NCBI GenBank assembly: GCA_964016885.1
Contig: OZ024766.1
Location: forward strand, 18,476,001 to 18,540,000
Direction: 5' to 3'
DNA length: 64,000 nt
Source of the DNA: Eledone cirrhosa
Lineage: Eukaryota
Shown here one piece after another: positions 54,850 through 64,000 of this stretch. The notes beneath the pieces are model-generated. The model saw nothing but the letters and a program-made list of their open reading frames with translations, was not told the DNA's origin and made no database searches. Position 1 is the first letter of the stretch. Each line of letters starts with the position of its first letter. The position numbers and the translations under genes are program-made.

Positions 54850-55615
54850 ATCTAAGGCGGGTAAAATTCCAGAGATCCATGGACGAGTTCTCTCCAGCGG
54901 TCTCTGTCCCTCATTATCGCTGCCATGTCCTGCGTCTCCAACAGACCAGTGTCTGTCCTAAGGGCATCAACATGTGTTAACCTTGGTCTTCCACTTCCAG
55001 TGTGTCCATGTAGGGGCTCCCACAGGAGCACTGAGTGCAGTGTCAACTCTGGATGTCGGTGAGCATGTCCAGCTAACCTCGGTCTCCCTCTTCCAGTGTG
55101 TCCATGTAGGGGCTTCCACAGGAGCACTGAGTGCAGTGTCAACTCTGGATGTCGGTGAGCATGTCCAGCTAACCTCGGTCTCCCTCTTCCAGTGTGTCCA
55201 TGTAGGGGCTTCCACAGGAGCACTGAGTGCAGTGTCAACTCTGGATGTCGGTGAGCATGTCCAGCTAACCTCGGTCTCCCTCTTCCAGTGTGTCCATGTA
55301 GGGGCTCCCACAGGAGCACTGAGTGCAGTGTCAACTCTGGATGTCAGTGAGCATGTCCAGCTAACCTCAGTCTTCCTCTTCTAGTGTGTCCATGTAGGGG
55401 CTCCCAAAGGAGCACTGAGTGCAGTGTCAACTCTGGATGTCGGTGAGCATGTCCAGCTAACCTCAGTCTTCCTCTTCTAGTGTGTCCATGTAGGGGCTCC
55501 CACAGGAGCACTGAGTGCAGTGTCAACTCTGGATGTCGGTGAGCATGTCCAGCTAACCTCAGTCTCCTCTGTGTCACTTTTGAGCTGACTTTTGGGATGC
55601 TTCCATACAGCTCTG
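54850..55615 (-). mobile_element. RTE-like LINE 3' fragment with a 96-bp unit repeated about 6 times
   Basis: RRLRLAGHAHRHPELTLHSVLLWEPLHGHTGRGRPR repeated, then THVDALRTDTGL...DRDRWRELV. Confidence 0.88.
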
Positions 55616-56001
55616 TTTGTTATATATATATATATATATTTCGTTTCTGAATTTGTTTAGCAAGATTCTTTATCTGAAAACGTGTGTTGAAACCGATATT
55701 GTTATACTTTGGGAGGGTCATGTTGCCAATAAGAAACACACGCACCAGTTGCTTTCACTTCAATTTATTATAATAAATTTATAAATTTAGGAATTTATAA
55801 ATTTCTGGTTGGTTGGTTGGTTGGTTCCACAACCAGATGATTGTTTATATATTGTCAAAGTTCTTGCGTCACACATTCTGTGACCTCTTCAGTGACTGGG
55901 GATTCTTTTCTTTGGTTTGTCCTACGCCGTCTTGTTTCAAAAACAAGATGGCGTAGGACAGAACAAAGGAGAGGCACACAAAACAAAGAAAAGAACCCCC
56001 A

Positions 56002-56044
56002 GTCACTGAAGAGGTCACAGAATGTGTGACGAAAGAACTTTGAC
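56002..56044 (+). ncRNA. Minimal type I hammerhead, family F (mirror copy 55854-55896 has GAAA changed to GCAA); palindrome about 55645-56255
   Basis: GTCA-CTGAAGA-G[GTCACA gaatg TGTGAC]-GAAA-GAAC-TT-TGAC. Confidence 0.68.
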
Positions 56045-56542
56045 AATATATAAACAACCATCTGGTTGTGGAACCAACCAACCAACCAACCGGAAATTTA
56101 TAAATTCCTAAATTTATAAATTTATTATAATAAATTGAAGTGAAAGCAACTGGTGTGTGTGTTTCTTATTGGCAACATGACCCTCCCAAAGTATAACAAT
56201 ATCGGTTTCAACACACGTTTTCAGATAAAGAATCTTGCTAAACAAATTCAGAAACTGTATATATATATATATATATATATCGTTATATATATTTATATAT
56301 ATATATATCACATATATTTTTATTTGTTTGACCCGAATTACTTGGTCGTTTCTATGGCTGTGCGGATGATTGTTTAACCATCGTCTCGGTGTGTTTGGCC
56401 TTTAACGTTTGTTATAGCTCTGGTTCATCTGAATCATTGAGCACTTGCCACACATCTCGGAGGTTGTTTTTCGTTAATTCCTAAGCCGAAATACGTGTCT
56501 CGCTAATTTATATTTATATATATATATATAGGAACAAGTAAG

Positions 56543-56636
56543 ACCCCGACAGCTGAGCTCAAGCCGTTTCGACGGCTAATTCTGTACTGAATGAAAATTT
56601 ATTCTGGTATTTAAATAGCCGAGCTTATCAAGGGGT
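56543..56636 (-). ncRNA. Degenerate type I hammerhead (core decayed to TTGATAA)
   Basis: ACCCC-TTGATAA-[..CGGCTA...TAGCCG..]-GAAA-CGGCT...AGCTG-TC-GGGGT. Confidence 0.5.
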
Positions 56637-56788
56637 AATTCCATATATGGTCAAAGAGATAATCACCAGGATTGGTCACATCACAAGTTAGTAGTAAATC
56701 TGTGATGGCAAATTTGGTGGGGGAAGGGGTAGCTAAACCTGCCGGTAGGAGAAAAGGGGAGAGGGGGTGGAGTAGACCCATTCATGCG

Positions 56789-56822
<34 letters not shown>

Positions 56823-57519
56823 TATCCAACGAACTTCAACCAAAGCATAGCAATATATATATATATATGTATATATAGAGAAAAATACTGCAGGTAGCAC
56901 ATGGATAACATGTAATAAAATAAGTCCCTCATCAGTGATTTGCCGAAGATCATAGATATTTCATTGCATTAAAAATCATATATCTCACTTCGGTGCAATA
57001 ATAACCAAAATAAGTTATTAGGACAATTAAAACGCGTAAAGCGAGTGAGACAGGAGAACAACCGAAAGTATAGCATACCGTAGGGGACAGAAACAAGCTT
57101 CAAAAATTATTCTGTTTAGCATAAGCTAGGTGAATATATGAGCGCTTAGAGAATAGAACCTACACGAACGAGGGCTATGAGCAGAGAGAGAAAAAAATAG
57201 CGTTCGTGAGTGCAGGATGAAATGAAGAGAATATATATTTAATTAGAAAGTAAACAACACAAAACATACCTATCTCATTACCAAAGGTTTCTGGATCACA
57301 AACGATATAAATATACGTCTGCATTGTTCATCAGACAGAGAAGTTGAGGATATAACAAACAGTTTATTGCTCTATATGGCTGAATACAATAAATGTAATC
57401 TGAATTTTTCGAATATTATTAATAATATTCGATTCGTTTGCAATTATGCAAACAAGCCTCTTTTTTAAAGCCTTGTCAGTAGAATGAACTCCTCATTCTT
57501 GCTCGTGTTGGAATGAATA

Positions 57520-57524
57520 CACAC

Positions 57525-57611
<87 letters not shown>

Positions 57612-57680
57612 ATACACATATATATATGTACATACACTTATACATATATCTATATATATATACACATATACTTATACATA

Positions 57681-57712
<32 letters not shown>

Positions 57713-57916
57713 CACATATATACATATATATATATATATCCATATATATATATAAATAAAAATATATATATATATATGTAAATAAATATACATATATATA
57801 TATGTGTGTATATATATATATATATGTGTGTGTGTATATATATGTAAATAAATATATATATATATATATGTAAATAAATATATATAGATATATATATGTA
57901 AATAAATATACATATA

Positions 57917-57978
<62 letters not shown>

Positions 57979-58088
57979 AATAAATATACATATATATGTG
58001 TGTGTATATATATTTATATATATATATGTAAATATATATGTAAATATATACATATATATATGTGTGTATATATATATATATACATATA

Positions 58089-58143
<55 letters not shown>

Positions 58144-58160
58144 ATACATATGCATATATT
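57520..58160. repeat. (TA)n compound microsatellite
   Basis: Direct inspection. Confidence 0.95.
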
Positions 58161-58479
58161 ACAACAAATCAAAAATATAGACTTTTTATATTTAATTTTT
58201 CTATTGTTTAATTAATTAATTAATTAATTTAAATATAATCCAAATTTGTCTTCCATTGTGTGCACAATCCTTTTTCCCCCTTATAACATCAGCGCACCCA
58301 CTGGGGCTCACTCCTTGCTCAATCCTTCTTCCCCCATCCCTGTCAAAAAGAGCAAGAATGAACCTGAAACAGTTTGACGGCCCCTAAGTGCGACAGGCAT
58401 TGCACAACCCACATTTGGTGCCTCGCCTAGCAACCACCTCAGTTCGTCTTGTGCTGACAACAACCCCTGTCTCTTTATC

Positions 58480-60325
58480 AACGATGAGCTTTGTATGCTT
58501 AGCAGTGTTGTATCCTGTCTTCTTAATAACTTGAGCCCTGTCTCTAGAGCTTAATTTGTGAGCTTAGCAAACTTGGGCTTCATCTGTGAGTTTAGCAATC
58601 TTGAGCCCCGTCTGTATAGTAAGCTTGAGCTTAATTTGTTAGCTTAGCATGCTTGAGCCCTATCTTTATAGTCACCTTGAGCTTAATTTGTGAGTTAAGC
58701 AATCTTGAGCCCTGTATGTATAGTCACCTTGAGCTTAGCAAGAATGAGCCCTGTCTTTATAGTCACCTTGAGCTTAATTTGTGAGTTAAAATCTTGAGCC
58801 TTGCCTTTATAGTCACCTTGAGCTTAATTTTTTAGCTTAGCAATCTTGAGCTTATCTGTAAGTTAAGAAATCTTGAGCCCTGTCTTTATAGTAACCTTGA
58901 GCTTAATTTGTGAGTTTAGCAATCTTGAAACCTGTCTGTATTGAAACCATGAGCTTAATTTGTGAGCTTAACATGCTTGACCTTCTCTGTGAGTTTAGCA
59001 ATCTTGGCCCTGTATGTATAGTACCTTGAGCTTAATTTGTGAGCTTAGCAATCTTGAGCCCTGTATGTATAGTAACATTGAGCTTAATTTGTGAGCTTAG
59101 CATGCTTGAGCTTTATCTATGAGTTTAGCAATCTTGAGCCCTGTCTTTATAGTAACCTTGAACTTAATTTGTGAGCTTAGCAATCTTGAGCTTTATATGT
59201 GAGTTTAGCAATCTTGAGCTTTCTCTGTGCTTAGCAATCTTGAGCCTTGTCTGTATAGCAGCAGCCTTGAGCTTAATTTGTGATCTTAACAAGCTTGAGC
59301 TTTATCTGTGAGTTAAGCAATCTTGAGCCTTGTCTGTATGTATAGTCACCTTGAGCTTAATTTGTGAGTTTAGAAATCTTGAACCCTGTCTTTATAGTCA
59401 CCTTGAGCTTTATTTGTGAGTTTAGCAATCTTGAGCCCTGTCTGTATAGCAACACTGAGTTCTGTCTGCTTAGCTTGTCAAACCTGAGCTCTGTCTGCTT
59501 AGCAATGTGTGAGCCCTGTCTTCTTAACCAGCTTCAGCTTCTGTTCCCGGTCAGTTCAGCACTCATGTGCCCGCACACCCTTGTCTACTGAGCAGGCTGC
59601 GGTCTGAACCAATCCCTGCTCGGTAGCCAAGAGTCTAAACTGACCCTCTAATTGGCTCAGCAGAGAAGATTATGAAGGCTACTGGTTTGCTGAGAAGCTT
59701 TTGCGCCATGGATCTTCTCTGCTGAGCAGCCAAATCGTTTGGCTCCTGGTCAGCTCAGTAGGTTTGAGGCATTGATCATCCCTTGCTGAGCTGGCTTTGA
59801 GCCATGGATTTTCTCATCTGAGCAGCCAAATAATTTAGCCCCTCGTCATCTCAGCAGGCTTTGAGGCGTTGATCCTGTCTTGCTGAGCTGACTTTCAGCG
59901 ATGGATCTTCGCTGCTGAGCAAGATTTGAGCCATAGTTTTTTTGTCTGCTCAAGAGCCAAGATATATGGCTCCAGGTTTGCTGACCAGCCTTTGAGATGC
60001 AGATCATCTCTGCTCAGCAAACCTTGACCCAGAGAGCATAATCAGCTCAGCAAACTTTAAACCATAGTTCCTCTCTGCTCAGCAATCTGGATCTATGGCT
60101 TGTAAGTCTGCTCAGCTGCCTTTTGAGCCATGAAGTGCTGGGCTTGGTTCAGCTAGTTTTAGCCAGAGACCCTGTCTGCTCAGCAGCCAAGATGTCTGGT
60201 CGCTGTCTGCTGAGCAGCGCTTGAGCCTGGGATTCCCTTTGCTCAGCAAACTTTGAGCCACAGACAATCTCCACTCAGCAAACTTTGAGACAGAGATCCT
60301 GTTTGCTGGGCTAACTTTGAGCCAT
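58480..60325. repeat. Degenerate TGAGC/GCTCAG-rich tandem repeat region
   Basis: Recurring ttgagcttaatttgtgagcttagcaatcttgagccctgtc, then ctgctcagcaaa...ttgagcca units. Confidence 0.75.
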
Positions 60326-60327
60326 GT

Positions 60328-60670
60328 GTCACGATAAAATACACCCAGTACACTCTGTAAAGCGGTAGTGGTGGTGTCATGATAAAATACACCCAGAACA
60401 CTCTTTAAAGTGGCAGTGTTACGACAATAGAATGCACCCAGTACACTCTGTAAAGTGGTAGATGTTACCACATTAGAATGCACCCAGTACACTCTGTAGA
60501 GTCGTAGTGTTGTTACCACAATAGAATGCACCCATTACACTCTGTAAAGTGGTAGTGTTGTTACCACAATAGAATGCACCCAGTACACTCTGTAAAATGG
60601 TAGTGGTGTTGTTACCACAATAGAATGCACCCAGTCCACTCTGTAAAGTGGTTGGTGTTAGGAAAAGCAT
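60328..60670 (+). mobile_element. SINE-tail-derived tandem repeat of about 48 bp (gcacccagtacactctgtaaagtgg...gttggtgttaggaaaagcatc)
   Basis: Homologous to the internal repeat and tail of the 17164 SINE family. Confidence 0.7.
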
Positions 60671-60854
60671 CAAACCACATCACCATCATCATCATCAGGG
60701 TTTTCTTTACATCCACCTATCCATGCTTGCATGGGTCGGATGGGACCTTTTGAGGCATTTTCTTCAGGGTCTAGCATCCATTCTAGCACCCCACCTCTTT
60801 ATTTCCAAGGATTTTCATCTCAAAGGCAGTTAATAAGATTGAAATAGCTGGCAA

Positions 60855-63525
60855 GTATTAGTGGCTATCAGACATAGTGTACCTAGGACTACATTATCTA
60901 ATGTACAGTACAGTAGTTAGTATCAGTGGCTATCAGACATAGTGTATCTAGGACTACACTATCTAATGTACAGTACAGTAGTTAGTATTAGTGGCTATCA
61001 GACATAGTATATCTAGGACTACATTATCTAATGTACAGTACAGTAGTTAGTATTAGTGGCTATCAGACATAGTGTATCTAGGACTACACTATCTAATGTA
61101 CAGTACAGTAGTTAGTATTAGTGGCTATCAGACATAGTATACCTAGGACTACATTATCTAATGTACAGTACAGTAGTTAGTATTAGTGGCTATCAGACAT
61201 AGTATATCTAGGACTACATTATCTAATGTACAGTACAGTAGTTAGTATTAGTGGCTATCAGACATAATGTATCTAGGACTACATTATCTAATGTACAGTA
61301 CAGTAGTTAGTATTAGTGGCTATCAGACATAGTGTGTCTAGGACTACATTATCTAATGTACAGTACAGTAGTTAGTATTAGTGGCTATCAGACATAGTGT
61401 ATCTAGGACTACATTATCTAATGTACAGTATAGTAGTTAGTATTAGTAGCTATCAGACATAGTATATCTAGGACTACATTATCTAATGTACAGTACAGTA
61501 GTTAGTATTAGTGGCTATCAGACATAGTGTATCTAGGACTACATTATGTAATGTACAGTACAGTAGTTAGTATTAGTGGCTATCAGACATAGTGTATCTC
61601 GGACTACATTATCTAATGTACAGTACAGTAGTTAGTATTAGAGGCTATCAGACATAGTATATCTAGGACTACATTATCTAATGTACAGTACAGTAGTTAG
61701 TATTAGTGGCTATCAGACATAGTGTACCTAGGACTACATTATCTAATGTACAGTACAGTAGTTAGTATTAGTAGCTATCAGACATAGTGTATCTAGGACT
61801 ACACTATCTAATGTACAGTACAGTAGTTAGTATTAGAAGCTATCAGACATAGTGTATCTAGGACTACATTATCTAATGTACAGTACAGTAGTTAGTATTA
61901 GTGGCTATCAGACATATTGCATCTAGGACTACATTATCTAATGTACAGTACAGTAGTTAGTATTAGTGGCTATCAGACATATTGCATCTAGGACTACATT
62001 GTCTAATGTACAGTACAGTAGTTAGTATTAGTGGCTATCAGACATAGTGTATCTAGGACTACATTATCTAATGTACAGTACAGTAGTTAGTATTAGTGAC
62101 TATCAGACATAGTGTATCTAGGACTACATTATCTAATGTACAGTATAGTAGTTAGTATTAGTGGCTATCAGACATAGTGTATCTAGGACTACATTATCTA
62201 ATGTACAGTACAGTAGTTAGTATTAGTGGCTATCAGACATAGTATATCTAGGACTACATTATCTAATGTACAGTACAGTAGTTAGTATTAGTGGCTATCA
62301 GACATAGTGTATCTAGGACTACATTATCTAATGTACAGTACAGTAGTTAGTATTAGTGGCTATCAGACATAGTGTATCTAGGACTACATTATCTAATGTA
62401 CAGTACAGTAGTTAGTATTAGTGGCTATCAGACATAGTATATCTAGGACTACATTATCTAATGTACAGTACAGTAGTTAGTATTAGTGGCTATCAGACAT
62501 AGTGTATCTAGGACTACATTATATAATGTACAGTACAGTAGTTAGTATTAGTGGCTATCAGACATAGTGTATCTAGGACTACATTATCTAATGTACAGTA
62601 CAGTAGTTAGTATTAGTGGCTATCAGACATAGTGTATCTAGGACTACATTATCTAATGTACAGTACAGTAGTTAGTATTAGTGGCTATCAGACATAGTGC
62701 ATCTAGGACTACATTATCTAATGTACAGTACAGTAGTTAGTATTAGTGGCTATCAGACATAGTGTATCTAGGACTACATTATCTAATGTACAGTACAGTA
62801 GTTAGTATTAGAGGCTATCAGACATAGTGTATCTAGGACTACATTATCTAATGTACAGTACAGTAGTTAGTATTAGTGGCTATCAGACATAGTGTATCTA
62901 GGACTACATTATCTAATGTACAGTACAGTAGTTAGTATTAGTGGCTATCAGACATAGTGTATCTAGGACTACATTATCTAATGTACAGTACAGTAGTTAG
63001 TATTAGAGGCTATCAGACATAGTATATCTAGGACTACATTATCTAATGTACAGTACAGTAGTTAGTATTAGTGGCTATCTGACATATGTATCTAGGACTA
63101 CATTATCTAATGTACAGTACAGTAGTTAGTATTAGTGGCTATCAGACATAGTGTATCTAGGACTACATTATCTAATGTACAGTAGTTAGTATTAGTGGCT
63201 ATCAGACATAGTGTATCTAGGACTACATTATCTAATGTACAGTACAGTAGTTAGTATTAGTGGCTATCAGACATAGTATATCTAGGACTACATTATCTAA
63301 TGTACAGTACAGTAGTTAGTATTATTGGCTATCAGACATAGTATATCTAGGACTACATTATCTAATGTACAGTACAGTAGTTAGTATTATTGGCTATCAG
63401 ACATAGTATATCTAGGACTACATTATCTAATGTACAGTACAGTAGTTAGTATTAGTGGCTATCAGACATAGTATATCTAGGACTACATTATCTAATGTAC
63501 AGTACAGTAGTTAGTATTATTGGGC
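60855..63525. repeat. 65-bp satellite array 2, about 41 copies
   Basis: Same unit and orientation as 22465-24588. Confidence 0.97.
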
Positions 63526-63884
63526 ATAGCTATTGCCGTTGTTCAGCCTTTGACCAGTTCTGTTCCAGCACGTACATTCACACATACATATATACATATA
63601 TATATATACATATATATATATACATATATTACCAATTGTGCCTTACCGTGGAAAACCAACAAAAACCCCAAATATGGGGGTTTCTTTTTTATAAATTTCT
63701 AAATTAATTAAAAAAATATACAAAAAAAAATACAATAAAAACCTGAAAGAATCCTACGCCCTCCTCCTCCACACCCAGTTCCCTTATTTATGGTTGTGAT
63801 CTCCCCTTCCTGGGTCCCTCAACTTCTAAAACTTCTCTCTCTATCTTCCTAAACCTTTTTAATAGTTTTGTTGTTTTTTGTATT

Positions 63885-63960
63885 GGGTTGTCAAGTATGA
63901 AATTTGTAGGAATTTATTGAAAAAAACAATAAATTTCTACAAATTTCATACTTGACACCC
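63885..63960. repeat. Short hairpin (about 33-bp arms, A-rich loop)
   Basis: tgtcaagtatgaaatttgtaggaatttattg / caataaatttctacaaatttcatacttgaca. Confidence 0.8.
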
Positions 63961-64000
63961 TAATAGTTTTTTTTAGGGGTAAAATGTAGTTGTTCCTAGC

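Larger units (their letters stand above)
54630..56515. repeat. Inverted repeat pair of about 205 bp (54630-54838 / 56308-56515) enclosing a LINE fragment and a second palindrome
   Basis: Arms are reverse complements with few mismatches. Confidence 0.88.

Overview
Repeat-saturated eukaryotic genomic DNA. The SINE/LINE repertoire (Nin-domain SINE, RTE, Tx1, maT) suggests an octopus or related coleoid cephalopod. One protein-coding gene is supported: a + strand phosphatidylserine synthase 2 (PTDSS2) orthologue with 11 phase-compatible GT-AG coding exons (17687-51913, 1950 nt, 649 aa) and a long polyQ/acidic/Gly C-terminal tail. The rest is microsatellite, minisatellite, LINE/SINE/DNA-transposon relics, a 200-N gap and a probable false duplication around it. 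The most striking hidden structure is a set of about a dozen type I hammerhead ribozyme motifs in at least five sequence families, mostly as mirror pairs in long palindromes, which is the signature of Penelope-like element pseudo-LTRs. Five sit in sense orientation inside PTDSS2 introns. Also notable: a Tx1/L1-like retrotransposon that appears to target TCTA/GATA repeats (22-bp TSD seen), duplicated decoy splice acceptors before exons 9 and 10, and three minisatellites that arose independently from the same homologous LINE segment. All calls were made by eye; no database search or folding program was run, and repeat boundaries are approximate.
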